Source: a virus (lineage: Duplodnaviria; Caudoviricetes). Taken from it: a stretch of 41,975 nt of DNA. Both the position numbers and the translations under genes were made by a program. The notes under the pieces are model-generated. The model did no database searches. It had not been told where the DNA came from and saw only the letters and a program-made list of their open reading frames with translations. Positions 16,580 through 27,352 of this stretch are shown here, one piece after another. How positions within the stretch are numbered: position 1 is the stretch's first letter; each line of letters begins with the position of its first letter. The stretch covers positions 1 to 41,975 of IMG/VR virus record IMGVR_UViG_3300049228_000080; one strand, written 5' to 3'.

Positions 16580-17542
16580 ATGGCTTTTCCCAATGTGACC
16601 GATCTGGTCGCTACTACGATTGAAAATCGTAGTGGTGAGATCGCTGATAACGTCACTAAAAACAACGCGCTGCTTTCTCGCCTCAGCAAGCGCGGTAATA
16701 TCAAGACCTTCGAAGGCGGAACTGTAATTTTCCAGGAGCTGTCGTTCGCTGAGAACGGTAACGCTGGGTACTACAGTGGATATGACCTCCTTCCTGTGGC
16801 TGCTCAGGACGTTCTGTCCGCAGCCCAGTATTCCATCAAACAGGCCGCCGTCCCGGTGGTCATGTCTGGTCTGGAGATGCTGCAGAATGCCGGCAAGGAA
16901 AAGATCATCGACATGCTCGATGGTCGTATGGAGGTTGCCGAATCTTCTCTCGCAAACCTTCTGGCAGGTGGTGTCTACGCTGACGGTACAGGGTTTGGTG
17001 GTAAGGAAGTCACTGGTCTTGGCGCGGCGGTTCCGCTGAATCCAAACACGGGGACTTACGGGGGTATCGACCGTTCTGTTTGGCCGTTCTGGCGCAATCA
17101 GTTCACTGACACCACGGGCATCACGGCTGCTACCATCCAGGCTTCCTGGAACCAGCAGTGGGCAAGACAGGTCCGGGGTATGGATCGTCCTGATCTTATC
17201 GTTGTAGATTCTCTTACGTGGGCAATCTATCTGGCCTCTCTCCAGGCCCTGCAGCGCTTCACTTCAACGGACGAAGCCAAGCTGGGCTTCCCATCTTTGA
17301 AGTACATGGATGCTGACGTTGTTCTGGACGGTGGCATTGGTGGATTCTGTCCTTCGAATCAGGCATTCTTCCTGAATTCGAAGTACATCTTCTGGCGCCC
17401 ACACAGCCAACGGAACATGGTTCCTCTGTCTCCCAACAAGCGCTACGCGATCAATCAGGACGCTGAGGTATCAATTATCGCTTGGGCAGGGAACATGACC
17501 ACCTCCGGTTCGCAGTTCCAGGGCCGCTGGGACAATAACTAA
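16580..17542 (+). CDS. major capsid protein
   Basis: 320 aa; ADNVTKNNALL, YSGYD and YGGIDR motifs; GGAGG Shine-Dalgarno. Confidence 0.9.
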   Translation: MAFPNVTDLVATTIENRSGEIADNVTKNNALLSRLSKRGNIKTFEGGTVIFQELSFAENGNAGYYSGYDLLPVAAQDVLSAAQYSIKQAAVPVVMSGLEMLQNAGKEKIIDMLDGRMEVAESSLANLLAGGVYADGTGFGGKEVTGLGAAVPLNPNTGTYGGIDRSVWPFWRNQFTDTTGITAATIQASWNQQWARQVRGMDRPDLIVVDSLTWAIYLASLQALQRFTSTDEAKLGFPSLKYMDADVVLDGGIGGFCPSNQAFFLNSKYIFWRPHSQRNMVPLSPNKRYAINQDAEVSIIAWAGNMTTSGSQFQGRWDNN

Positions 17543-17555
17543 GGAGGAATGGAAA

Positions 17556-18308
17556 ATGGCTTTCAGATTTGACTCTCGTTATATCGGCTACCCTTCGGTA
17601 GAGAATGTGGTGCCCGTTCCGGCTTCGCCGCCGTTCGGTCTTTCAATCTCTGCAGGGTTCATTGCCACTGCTGAAGACCCTGTGTGGGGTCCTGGTGAGT
17701 TTGTCTTTGCTCGTGCTGGTGCTTCTATCCGTCTAGCCGGTTTGTGCGTCCTGACAACTGTCTGGGATGCTACGAACAAAGTGTTCACGTATAACATGAC
17801 TGAATGCCCTAACACGGCTAACCTTGGTCGTGCTCTTTATGTGTACATGGGCAACACGGCGATTACAGTCGGTCAGTATGGCTGGTTCATGATGACGGGG
17901 CGGTTCCCGGTCAATGGTACAGCTTCGGTTGCGGCGGATACTGCGATTGGTATCGTGGCTGCGGGTCAGGTCGGTGCAAACTCTGCTGGTAAGCAGCTTC
18001 TAAACGCGCGTAGTGTTACTCCTGCGACCAACACGGTCGTAGCCGCATCGGTATCAGGTATTTCTGGTAGCAACCAGATCTTCCTGGCTAACACTCAGGG
18101 CTTCTTCCCAGGAGTATACGTCTCTGGCACTGGTGTGGGGGCTGCGGCCATCTGCTCTTTCGTTGATCCGCTGGGGCGTTACATCTTGGTCACGGTGGTT
18201 AACTCCGCCGCGGTTACGGGTAACGTCACTGCTACCTACAACAACGCGACTATTTTCTACAACGTTGTAGAAATGAATCGCGTTATGGCTCAGGGACCGA
18301 TCACCTAA
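17556..18308 (+). CDS. capsid decoration/cement protein
   Basis: Follows the major capsid gene; G/A/V/T-rich; GEFVF and QYGWF motifs. Confidence 0.6.
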   Translation: MAFRFDSRYIGYPSVENVVPVPASPPFGLSISAGFIATAEDPVWGPGEFVFARAGASIRLAGLCVLTTVWDATNKVFTYNMTECPNTANLGRALYVYMGNTAITVGQYGWFMMTGRFPVNGTASVAADTAIGIVAAGQVGANSAGKQLLNARSVTPATNTVVAASVSGISGSNQIFLANTQGFFPGVYVSGTGVGAAAICSFVDPLGRYILVTVVNSAAVTGNVTATYNNATIFYNVVEMNRVMAQGPIT

Positions 18309-18349
18309 CAAGGACAGCTAGGGGGACAAGGAAGTCCCTCGGAGGATGT

Positions 18350-18544
18350 ATGGCGAATCAGATTGTCCCCGTAACAGGGGCTCTCGGGTCTCTTAACTCC
18401 ACTGTTGTTCTGCCTATGGCAGAATCTGGTGGACCGAAACTTTGCAATGTCTTGAGGGGTATTAATTCTGTTTTTGCTGTAAACATCAGCGCTACCCTTG
18501 CGGGAATGCTGTTTGACTGTGATGTAGAGTGGACTGAAGAATAG
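18350..18544 (+). CDS. small virion-region protein
   Basis: GGAGG Shine-Dalgarno. Confidence 0.6.
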   Translation: MANQIVPVTGALGSLNSTVVLPMAESGGPKLCNVLRGINSVFAVNISATLAGMLFDCDVEWTEE

Positions 18545-18553
18545 GAGACTATA

Positions 18554-18757
18554 ATGGCGACTATGGCACAGCTTGCAACTCGTATGGCGGCGACGGCGGC
18601 TGCGACAGCAACGGCCCTGGCTAGTGGAACAACTACGGCTGAGGTCACTGCTCTTGCAAAGGTTCTGGCTGTTCTCGGTGCAAGACCAGATTTCTCACTC
18701 CCGCCAATGGAGCTTGCTTTGAGCACTCCTATTGACGTTAACTTGACTGCATACTAA
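18554..18757 (+). CDS. small Ala/Thr-rich protein
   Basis: AGGAG Shine-Dalgarno. Confidence 0.6.
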   Translation: MATMAQLATRMAATAAATATALASGTTTAEVTALAKVLAVLGARPDFSLPPMELALSTPIDVNLTAY

Positions 18758-18776
18758 CTAGAATTGGAGCGACGAC

Positions 18777-19376
18777 ATGACTGTAGCAATGGCTGAGTAT
18801 GAATTGACTGCGCAGGCTCTGGATGCTAGCTACAACCCTGACAGACGAAATCCAGATGATCGTTTGCGTGTGCAGTTCAGCACATTCCCTGAGATTGATC
18901 AGGCCGCCACCGCGAAAGAAGGGCGCCCCATTTTCAAAGAAGCGATCTACATCAACGTGATGGTTCCCGGTGAACGAGACATCGTTCACCGTCGGGCGTG
19001 GGAAAAGGATTTTGAGCGATTTCCTCGCCAGTACTCTGCTTTTATGAACAAGCAGAACCAGGACCTCGTCAGTGGGACTCCTCTGAAAATTGTCCCGTGG
19101 CTGACTCTTGGTCAGGTGAAAGAGCTTGAATTCTTCAATTGCTACACTCTTGAGCAGTTGGCGAACATGCCAGATTCTCAGGCCAGTAAGTTCATGCAGA
19201 TTCAGAAGCTGAAGCAACTGGCTAAGGATCATCTTCAGGCAGCTAAGGAAGCCGCACCCCTCACGGCCATGCGGGCTGAGATGGATGAAAAAGACAACCG
19301 CATCTCAACCATGGAGAAACAGATTCAGGACCTCATCAGGGCAGTGAAGGCTGGTAAGGAAGAAGAGGACGAGTAA
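18777..19376 (+). CDS. virion morphogenesis-region protein
   Basis: EGRPIF...RFPRQY...GTPL motifs and a coiled-coil C-terminus. Confidence 0.65.
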   Translation: MTVAMAEYELTAQALDASYNPDRRNPDDRLRVQFSTFPEIDQAATAKEGRPIFKEAIYINVMVPGERDIVHRRAWEKDFERFPRQYSAFMNKQNQDLVSGTPLKIVPWLTLGQVKELEFFNCYTLEQLANMPDSQASKFMQIQKLKQLAKDHLQAAKEAAPLTAMRAEMDEKDNRISTMEKQIQDLIRAVKAGKEEEDE

Positions 19377-20119
19377 TGTCTCGGTACGAAACTGCCGGGG
19401 ATATCATTAATGATGCCGCAGTAGAGTGTGGGTTGACCTCTGTGGCCGACCCATTCATTTCTACGGACCCGGCATTCGTACAGCTTTGTCGTTTGATGAC
19501 TACTGCTGGACAGGAGATGCTGTCTCTCCACCAGTGGAGTAAGTTCGTAAAGACCCACACGATCACCACGGTGGTACCGCCGGACACAGGAGATTATGAC
19601 CTGCCGGCGGACTTCGCCTACATGATCGATCAGACTGGCTGGTCTCCCACGACGGGGGGTAGCGGGCTCCCTCTTGGTGGTCCGCTGTCGGAGCAAGACT
19701 GGACCTATCTTGTTAACACGAATCTTGCATCGTCCACGGTTTACGTGAGCTTCAAGATTGCAGAAGGTCAAATTCAGATTCTCCCGCAACCTCCTCCTAC
19801 CGGCATCATTATAAATTTCGAGTACATCACTCGTTGGTGGGCGGCACTTACGGGTACCACGACCCCTTCTCTGGAGCGGTGTGTTGCTAGCTCTAATGTG
19901 GTTCTGTTTGAACCCATTCTCATAAAGAAATTCCTTAAGCTTCGCTTCTTGGAGGCTAAGGGGTTTGACACGACAGCCGCAGCGGGTCAATTTCTGACCA
20001 TGTTCCAGGCTTGGACGGGAAAGGATGTGAGTGCCCCGGTCCTCAACATGGCCCGCTCGCGGTACTTCCCGTATCTTGGGTACAGAAATATCCCTGAATC
20101 TAATTACGGGCTCCCGTAA
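19376..20119 (+). CDS. head-tail adaptor (tail tubular A-like)
   Basis: Gene position and YDLPADF motif. Confidence 0.65.
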   Translation: MSRYETAGDIINDAAVECGLTSVADPFISTDPAFVQLCRLMTTAGQEMLSLHQWSKFVKTHTITTVVPPDTGDYDLPADFAYMIDQTGWSPTTGGSGLPLGGPLSEQDWTYLVNTNLASSTVYVSFKIAEGQIQILPQPPPTGIIINFEYITRWWAALTGTTTPSLERCVASSNVVLFEPILIKKFLKLRFLEAKGFDTTAAAGQFLTMFQAWTGKDVSAPVLNMARSRYFPYLGYRNIPESNYGLP

Positions 20120-21774
20120 TGCCCTCCTCATTATTTCCAGTCAGTGGACCTCGCGGGCCGCGACAGGCTCAGCTTCTCCAGCCTGTACCCCCCGAGGTAA
20201 AGTGCGTACCAGTACCTCCCCCGATGGGGGGCATCAATGCTGTTGATGGTCTCTACGGCATGGGCTCTCGTACGCCTGAAGATTCTATCTTCCAGTACAA
20301 TCTTATTCCTTCCCAATACGGAACTAAGGTCCGTACTGGGTACGCTGACTGGGCGACGGGAGTCGGTACTAACGGCATAAGGACAGTCATGCCGTATACC
20401 GGGTCTTCTGCAGCCGCCAGTAGGCTCTGGGCCATGGCGAACAATGGCATCTACAATGTCACGGCAAGCGCTGCAGCTCCGGCCATCAATACAGCATTCC
20501 CTACTGTAGATACGACATCTGGATATGGTCAGTGGACTAACTACACGACTATCGGAGGACACTTTGGCCTCTATACGGATGAAAGCAATGGCTATTACGT
20601 CTATACTGAGTCTACTGGTCTATGGGCTAAGATTGCTATGGGTGGTGGGGCGACACAGGTCAGCGGAGTGGACCCAGTTTTATTCGTCCATGTGGTCATA
20701 TATAAAGAACGAGCATGGTTCGTAGAGAAAGGTTCTGCTAGAGCGTGGTACCTTCCCACAGGGCTTATCTTTGGTGCGGCCACAGCATTCAACTTCGGTA
20801 ATAAATTCAAGCACGGTGGTACTCTTGTCGCCCTATACAACTGGACCGTAGATGGAGGAGAGGGGACAAATGATTATCTCGTGGCCATTAGTTCCTCCGG
20901 GGACGTTATTCTCTACCTCGGAAATGACCCGGCTGTCGCTACAGATTTTACCCAACAAGGACAGTGGTATATTGGCCCTCCGCCCGCTGGTCGTAGAGTG
21001 GCTGGCTCTTTCGGTGGCGAACTCTACTTACTTTCTACCTATGGTATTATTCCTCTTACTCGTTTGATTGCCGGTGCGCTGATCCAGCAAGAGGACGTGT
21101 ACCTTTCAAGAAAGATCAGCCCTCTAGTTAATTCAGAAATGTCTCTTCTCCGATCCTCGCTAGGGTGGGAGATAAAGCTCATCTCTGAAGAGAATTTATT
21201 GATCTGTGCAGTGCCATTCAGATCTGGGTTCCCTTATATTCAGTTCGCTCAGGCTTTGAATTCAAAGGGCTGGGCTATCTATAGGGACATTCCGTATTTT
21301 ACTGGCGACACATTTGACAGTAAGTTCTACATCGGCACATCTGATAATCGGGTTATCCTGCACACAGGGTCGCAAGATGCTGTAGACATTGCTGGGGCGA
21401 ATGGTGTAGCCATAGGATGGTCAGCGCTTTCTGTGTTCCAGGAATACGGGGAAGTCGGGCACTACAAGATCACTCAGTTTATTCGTCCCGTCTTTGAGGC
21501 GGCGCAGGCTCCATCATATTCTGTTGAGGCTCGCTATGATTACAATCTTTCTGAAGTCCTTGCCCCACCCATTTCTTCAATTCTTACTGGCCCTGTATGG
21601 GATTCTGGAATTTGGGACTCTAGTCTTTGGGGTGGTGACTTTGTGGAGGTTGAGAAAGTTGTTGGGGGGTCTGGAATCGGGCGTAACATCGCTGTTGCGA
21701 TCAATGGCAGCTCTTCCGCGCCGACTATCCTTGTCCGTTATGACCTGATGTACACATCTGGAGGCCTGCTGTGA
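20119..21774 (+). CDS. tail nozzle / packaged-DNA stabilisation protein
   Basis: 551-aa beta-rich protein; PPPMGGIN N-terminus and WDxxxWDxxxW near the C-terminus. Confidence 0.7.
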   Translation: MPSSLFPVSGPRGPRQAQLLQPVPPEVKCVPVPPPMGGINAVDGLYGMGSRTPEDSIFQYNLIPSQYGTKVRTGYADWATGVGTNGIRTVMPYTGSSAAASRLWAMANNGIYNVTASAAAPAINTAFPTVDTTSGYGQWTNYTTIGGHFGLYTDESNGYYVYTESTGLWAKIAMGGGATQVSGVDPVLFVHVVIYKERAWFVEKGSARAWYLPTGLIFGAATAFNFGNKFKHGGTLVALYNWTVDGGEGTNDYLVAISSSGDVILYLGNDPAVATDFTQQGQWYIGPPPAGRRVAGSFGGELYLLSTYGIIPLTRLIAGALIQQEDVYLSRKISPLVNSEMSLLRSSLGWEIKLISEENLLICAVPFRSGFPYIQFAQALNSKGWAIYRDIPYFTGDTFDSKFYIGTSDNRVILHTGSQDAVDIAGANGVAIGWSALSVFQEYGEVGHYKITQFIRPVFEAAQAPSYSVEARYDYNLSEVLAPPISSILTGPVWDSGIWDSSLWGGDFVEVEKVVGGSGIGRNIAVAINGSSSAPTILVRYDLMYTSGGLL

Positions 21775-22166
21775 TTCGTGCAGCCACCCCTAGCGAAATC
21801 TCCTGGGTCTGTGGTAAGCTTCCGCTGACCTACAAGCCAGATATGAGGGGAGTACGAAATGACGGAGCAATGGTCGTTTACGATGCCTGGACCCACAATG
21901 CCGTCCAGGCTCATATTTACTCTTCAGGTCCCCGTTTCCTTATGGATCCAGTATTCCTACAGGAAGTATTTACCTATGCTTTTGTCCAATGTAACAAAGG
22001 ACTCGTTTATACTATCACGCCTGAAGATGCAAAAGCGTCCCTCGCCGTCTCTAAGGCCCTCGGATTCCGTGAGGTCTTTCGTCAAAAAGATGGTTGGGCA
22101 ATCGGTACGGACATGATTTTGAAAGAAATGCGTCGCGATGAGTGCCGCTACTTGAGGATGCACTAA
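21771..22166 (+). CDS. GNAT-fold acetyltransferase-like virion assembly protein
   Basis: ASLAVSKALGFRE motif; usual position after the nozzle gene. Confidence 0.65.
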   Translation: MIRAATPSEISWVCGKLPLTYKPDMRGVRNDGAMVVYDAWTHNAVQAHIYSSGPRFLMDPVFLQEVFTYAFVQCNKGLVYTITPEDAKASLAVSKALGFREVFRQKDGWAIGTDMILKEMRRDECRYLRMH

Positions 22167-22669
22167 TGGGATTTTTCAGCAGTCTTAAAAAGGTCTTCAA
22201 CCCTGGCGGTGCCGTCGTTAGTAAGGTCATCAACGATGGCCGTGACTATCAAGGTCTTCTAGACTACGGTATGCATGGACAGGATCAGGCTAAGAAAAAT
22301 CAGGATGCTCAGAAACAGGCGCAGAAGGACCAGTATACTCAGAAGCCAATGTTCAGTCCTGACCCTGGATTGAACCCTCAGGCTCAGCAGTTAGGGTGGA
22401 CGAATGGTGGGTACAACTATCACAATTCTCCATTCAATCAGCCCCAGCCGACCCCGTTCGGCCAGCCGGCTGGGCCTGGAGGGGGCGGAGGGCCTCCTAT
22501 GTCTTTCGGTGGCGTGGGGCAGCCTCCTCCACGAAATCAGGCAATGGGATTGCAACCTCCCATGCAGGGTGGTAGTATGCCTCCCGCTGGAGCTCCAATC
22601 GGTCAGCCCACCAAGCAGTTCAGAATTCCTGAACAAGAAGCTTTGATCGCTGGGTTGAGGAGAGTATGA
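22166..22669 (+). CDS. G/P/Q-rich internal virion protein (putative)
   Basis: MGFFSSLKK start, low complexity, ejection-gene position. Confidence 0.55.
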   Translation: MGFFSSLKKVFNPGGAVVSKVINDGRDYQGLLDYGMHGQDQAKKNQDAQKQAQKDQYTQKPMFSPDPGLNPQAQQLGWTNGGYNYHNSPFNQPQPTPFGQPAGPGGGGGPPMSFGGVGQPPPRNQAMGLQPPMQGGSMPPAGAPIGQPTKQFRIPEQEALIAGLRRV

Positions 22670-24006
22670 GTAAGAATACTCCGGCAAGTCCTGACTATAC
22701 TGGAGCTGCACAGCAGCAGGCTCAGTCATCTAAAGATGTTACTGAGCAGCAGACGTGGGCGAATCGCCCCACGATCAACACTCCCTTCGGCCAGCAGACT
22801 TGGGAAGTGAAGCCTCAGTGGGATCCATCCACCGGCCAGTACCTAAACTCCTGGACCCAGAATACCAATCTAACTGACCAGTCTCAGCATGCGCTGGACT
22901 CTCAGATGAATATCGCGCAGGGTAAGTCAGATCTTGCGGAGAGCAAGATTGGTCAGATGAAGGATGACTACTCCCAGCCTATGAACTGGGATGACTTCAC
23001 TAGTCTCGCCAACACTCCTCAGGGTGGCCAGATGCCGGGAGTACCGAATTACAACCCAGAGAGCATCCAGCGTGGTCTGGATACTTCTGGTATGCAGAAC
23101 GTTGACTCTTCGCAGAAGTATGCGAAGAATGCTGAAGATGCTATCTACGGACAATGGTCCGGGCGCCAAGAGCCTCGCATGCAGCAAGAGCAGGACCGCA
23201 TGCGGAATCAGCTTTACAACTCTGGTGTAAAAGAGGGAGATCAGGCATACGATCAGGCTATGGAGCGCCTGTCACAGGACCAGAATGACGCGCGCACGCA
23301 GGCTCAGTATCAGGCTACCATCGGCTCTGGTCAAGAAGCTCAGCGTATGCAGGGCATGGACCTGAGCACCAACCAGAATCAGTTCAACCAGCGCCAGGGA
23401 CAAGGAGCCTTCGCTAATTCAGCTGCCCAGCAGGCGATGCAGCAGCAGCTCGGTATCGGCTCTCAGCAGTTCAATCAGGGTTTGGCCTCACAAGGTCAGC
23501 AGTACGGACAGAATATGCAGTCGGCGGGGTACCAGAATCAGCTCCGCCAGCAGCAAATTTCTGAGGAAATGCAGAAACGAGGGTTTAACCTCAATGAAAT
23601 CAACGGTATTCTCAGTGGACAGCAAGTGTCTATGCCGAACATGCCGAGCTTCAACACTGCGAATGCCTCGCAGGCTGCTCAGTACAATACGGCAGCCCAG
23701 AATACGGGTCAGTACAACCTTGACGCCTTCAGTGCGCAGCAAGCAGGACTTAATTCGGCTCTATCTGGCGCCGGATCCATGGCTATGATGTTCTCGGACC
23801 GTAGGCTGAAGAAACACATCTATCCGTGTGGTATTACGAAATACCCCAGCGGAGTGGAGTTACCTCTATACACCTTCCGGTACATCTGGGAAGCTGTTGA
23901 AGATCCTGTCCATAGAGGACATATGGCCGATGAAGTTGAAAAGGTTGTACCTTCTGCTGTGATTGATATGCACGGCTACAAGATGGTGGACTATGGACGG
24001 CTTTGA
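22666..24006 (+). CDS. Q-rich internal/ejection protein with a C-terminal peptidase S74-like domain
   Basis: SDRRLK...YTFRY...GHMADEVE...VDYGRL. Confidence 0.75.
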   Translation: MSKNTPASPDYTGAAQQQAQSSKDVTEQQTWANRPTINTPFGQQTWEVKPQWDPSTGQYLNSWTQNTNLTDQSQHALDSQMNIAQGKSDLAESKIGQMKDDYSQPMNWDDFTSLANTPQGGQMPGVPNYNPESIQRGLDTSGMQNVDSSQKYAKNAEDAIYGQWSGRQEPRMQQEQDRMRNQLYNSGVKEGDQAYDQAMERLSQDQNDARTQAQYQATIGSGQEAQRMQGMDLSTNQNQFNQRQGQGAFANSAAQQAMQQQLGIGSQQFNQGLASQGQQYGQNMQSAGYQNQLRQQQISEEMQKRGFNLNEINGILSGQQVSMPNMPSFNTANASQAAQYNTAAQNTGQYNLDAFSAQQAGLNSALSGAGSMAMMFSDRRLKKHIYPCGITKYPSGVELPLYTFRYIWEAVEDPVHRGHMADEVEKVVPSAVIDMHGYKMVDYGRL

Positions 24007-24358
24007 AAATCTGAATGATGAAGATATCCAGCAGCTCATGGCTCTGGGTATTATTCCTGAACAGATGGAAGGGCTTAAGTCGCAGATGCAGACCGCTCAG
24101 TCTCTTAGAGATCGTGGCCCTCCAAAAGGAACCGATACAGGTCGGGTCTACGTGGCGGCCAACCCCCTTGAGCATCTTGCCTATGCTTTGGAGGGTATGA
24201 AGGCTGGCAAGGAAATTGATAGGTCCCGCGCAGAACAGCAGAAGCTTCTGGCAGAGCAGATTCGCGGGCGCGGCAAGTACTTCAACCGGATGAATGACAT
24301 CTCCCCCGTGCAGACTACGGTCGGCCCCATGCAGGAACCTCCGCCGGGCGGTTACTGA
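23993..24358 (+). CDS. putative internal virion protein
   Basis: Operon position; GRVYVAANPLEHLA. Confidence 0.6.
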   Translation: MDGFENLNDEDIQQLMALGIIPEQMEGLKSQMQTAQSLRDRGPPKGTDTGRVYVAANPLEHLAYALEGMKAGKEIDRSRAEQQKLLAEQIRGRGKYFNRMNDISPVQTTVGPMQEPPPGGY

Positions 24359-24359
24359 A

Positions 24360-24683
24360 ATGCCGGGACCTAGGAGAGATCTTAAAAGAGATCAGAACCC
24401 CTATATTGCACCCACTAGTTGGAGTGCTAAAAGTTCTGGTCCTTTTTGGCTAGACCAAAGCGGCAGCGTTAGGGAAAGAGATGTTTCTGACCCAATTCCG
24501 GATAAATTTCTCGATTCTTATATATCTTCGTACGAAGATAAAATGAAGAGAAACGGTTCAGACCGACTTGGTTCTATGGCGAATAAGCTTTTGCTAGACA
24601 ACTACCTTCCCACGGTTCGTTTGAGAAATAATCTAGACGAGCAAAGAGCTATGATTAAAGCTTTGAGATCTAAAGATGAATGA
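24360..24683 (+). CDS. hypothetical protein
   Basis: Coupled ORF, visibly more AT-rich than its neighbours. Confidence 0.55.
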   Translation: MPGPRRDLKRDQNPYIAPTSWSAKSSGPFWLDQSGSVRERDVSDPIPDKFLDSYISSYEDKMKRNGSDRLGSMANKLLLDNYLPTVRLRNNLDEQRAMIKALRSKDE

Positions 24684-25584
24684 TCTCTACGACTTCTTAA
24701 TCGGCGCTGCCCCGAAGGAAAAGCAGACACAGGCAGCAATCGCTGAGCAGCTTCGGCGTCGTCGCTCTTTTGGAGAACTGGGAGCTCTAACAGGGGATCG
24801 AGTTCTCCAACCTTTTGGGCAGCAAATGTCCAAGCAAGCGGATGCTTACGCTGGAGATCTTCAACAGACTCGCCAGAAAGATGCTGACAATGAGCAGACC
24901 AAGGCATACCAGGACGCTCAGACTGCTCACATGAAGGAAGTGGAGCGGTTGACTGAACGTGGTCAGAATCTCGACCATATGTACCAGATGTTGATGGCAC
25001 AGGCTGCGAATATTAAGGCTGAAAAGGCTGGCCCGAAGCCTAACAAGCTGACGTATTCGGATAGAAACAAGCTGGAGCAGATGGCAGGAATTATCAATTC
25101 TGCTGACGAAAGTATGGGTACCTACCAAGACGACTATTCTCAGAGGCTTGGAGCAGGACCTCAGAGTAGACTTCCCAACTATATGGCTGCGGCCGGTATG
25201 GGGACTGAAGGATCTAAAGATGCTGCGAACTGGTGGGCGAAGTGGAATCTCATCTATACTCTTCCCCAACGCAATGCAACCTTCGGTGCCACTCTGACCC
25301 CGACTGAGAAGCAGGCGTGGACAGAAAGTGACATTAATCCGTCCATGGACGGTAAACAGATTCGTCAGCGCGCTGGTGCCATCATTAAAATTCTCAAGCG
25401 CAAAGGCGCCTTGATGAACCGCACGTACAGCAGACAGTTTGACCCAGATATGGTTTCAGACTATGGCTTGCCGGGAGAAGAGCACCTTACCGACATGCCT
25501 TCTGGCCATGCAGCCCCCGGTACAGCCACGGCTACGCCTAAGCGCATCAAGGTGGATGCGAACGGGGACCCCATTGGAGATTGA
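24676..25584 (+). CDS. internal virion/ejection protein
   Basis: Helical Q/A-rich; RNATFGATLTPTE motif. Confidence 0.65.
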   Translation: MNDLYDFLIGAAPKEKQTQAAIAEQLRRRRSFGELGALTGDRVLQPFGQQMSKQADAYAGDLQQTRQKDADNEQTKAYQDAQTAHMKEVERLTERGQNLDHMYQMLMAQAANIKAEKAGPKPNKLTYSDRNKLEQMAGIINSADESMGTYQDDYSQRLGAGPQSRLPNYMAAAGMGTEGSKDAANWWAKWNLIYTLPQRNATFGATLTPTEKQAWTESDINPSMDGKQIRQRAGAIIKILKRKGALMNRTYSRQFDPDMVSDYGLPGEEHLTDMPSGHAAPGTATATPKRIKVDANGDPIGD

Positions 25585-27352
25585 ACTGCCAGATGGGACG
25601 GTACTGGAGGCTCCTGAAGGTGCGAATGTAAAGCAGGTCGTTCAGGGTTACCGTCGTAAGCTACTGAAGCAGACCAATCCGGCTGAGTACGATTCTACCT
25701 CGCAGGCTTGGAAGGACAAATACGGTCCTGTCGGTAAGGCTCGTGGAACCTACATGCAGCCAGTTCGTGGTGCAGGAGAGGTAGAGCTACCCCTTGACGA
25801 TGGGTTCACTGAGGGCATGGGTTCAGGCATGGAGCGCATGACTCGTGGACTGGGAAATATCGCCAACAAGGCCGCTGAATTTCACCCTCTGACAAAGGCT
25901 CTGGGCCTTAAACTGGCTCCGGCTGACATTGCCTCTGATGAAGCTATCCGTGAGCAGGACAGCGTAGACCAGCCACTGGCTGATACTACCAGGGGAAAGA
26001 TAGGTCAGGTTGTCGGGCAAACTGCGGTGGCCAGTGCGGCTACGGCACCACTCGGAGGTGTGGGAGGGCTTGCTCGAGGCGGCACAATGCTAGCCCGCAC
26101 CCTAACAGGCCCTACGGCCCGCGCAGGCGTCGAGGGGGCTATTACGGGCGCAGGTGCGGCCGACCCCGATGAACAGGGGATGGGTGCAGCCAAGGGAGCT
26201 GTCCTTGGAGCCACTATTAGTAAGATTCTTGGGCTCGGTGGGCGGGCTGTCAGGGGTCTTATCAATAAGAGTGAGGAAGCAAAGAATCTTGAGCAGATTG
26301 CTGGTCAGCACGGGGAAGAGATCTTTGCCCCAATTTCTCAGGTCGCAAGTACGGAAGATCTCACTTCTCGTCTTGCCAAGACTCTATACGCTGAGGGTCT
26401 TTCTTTCATTCCTGGTGTGAAGGGACAGCTCACCCGACAGGCGGAAGATGCTAGGGGCTTGGTGCGAGAACTGGCCTTGAGAGAAGCAACGCCCACGGGG
26501 GTCACGCTACCCAAGGGTTCGGGTAACAAGGTCGGCGAGGCGGTCGGAACCCTGAAGCGTTCGTTTGATGATGCGTACCAAGACACTGTGAAGTCTTACG
26601 CCTTCAATGTACCAGAAGATTTTAAAGATAGTGTAGCGGCAGCGCTAAAGAAAGAGATTCCCAATATTGACGACACCACCTTGGCCAAGGTTTCTGCTCT
26701 AGCACATGAACAGATGACCCGCTTTTCTTCTGGTAAGGGTACGATTGACGGAGCTAACCTCCTCAATGTTAAAAACGAAATTGGTCGACTCATTGGGCAG
26801 GCCCCTCGGGTTGAGAAGCCTGCGATGAGAATTGCCCAGGAACAGGTAGAAGACATCATTACACAAGAGCTATCACAAGGGGGTAGTAGACAGAATCTTG
26901 CTGATCTTGCCAAGTATGGAGATCTCACTGAGCCGTATCGTCATTTCGTGGGATTGAACAAGGCTGCCAGAGCTGCCAGGGCAAATCGTGGGAACTTTAG
27001 CATGAACCAGTTGGCGAATAAGGCCAGCGATCCTGGTCAGCTTGACCTAGCTCAGCAGGCAGGGGCTGTTCTTAACACGCCCGCTGCAGGGACATCATTC
27101 ACTGGTCGCGGACTCTTGGGTGGGGCTGGGTTGATTGGTACGGGGGCCGCTGCGGGTGTTCCGGCTGCGGCTGGTCTACTCATTGGGGGTAACCTCTTAG
27201 CCACCAAAACGGTTCAGAAGGCTCTACTTGGGGATTTGGCAGCACAAAGAATGATTTCTGAGTTCTTGCAGAAGAACCCGCAAGCAGTAGAAAAGGTAGC
27301 ACAACAGATGCGAGTAGTCGCTGCCCAGCAGGCAGGAGAATCAGATGAGTGA
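25574..27352 (+). CDS. large internal virion/ejection protein
   Basis: TTG start, (M)EIELPDG; G/A-rich hydrophobic stretches. Confidence 0.65.
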   Translation: MEIELPDGTVLEAPEGANVKQVVQGYRRKLLKQTNPAEYDSTSQAWKDKYGPVGKARGTYMQPVRGAGEVELPLDDGFTEGMGSGMERMTRGLGNIANKAAEFHPLTKALGLKLAPADIASDEAIREQDSVDQPLADTTRGKIGQVVGQTAVASAATAPLGGVGGLARGGTMLARTLTGPTARAGVEGAITGAGAADPDEQGMGAAKGAVLGATISKILGLGGRAVRGLINKSEEAKNLEQIAGQHGEEIFAPISQVASTEDLTSRLAKTLYAEGLSFIPGVKGQLTRQAEDARGLVRELALREATPTGVTLPKGSGNKVGEAVGTLKRSFDDAYQDTVKSYAFNVPEDFKDSVAAALKKEIPNIDDTTLAKVSALAHEQMTRFSSGKGTIDGANLLNVKNEIGRLIGQAPRVEKPAMRIAQEQVEDIITQELSQGGSRQNLADLAKYGDLTEPYRHFVGLNKAARAARANRGNFSMNQLANKASDPGQLDLAQQAGAVLNTPAAGTSFTGRGLLGGAGLIGTGAAAGVPAAAGLLIGGNLLATKTVQKALLGDLAAQRMISEFLQKNPQAVEKVAQQMRVVAAQQAGESDE

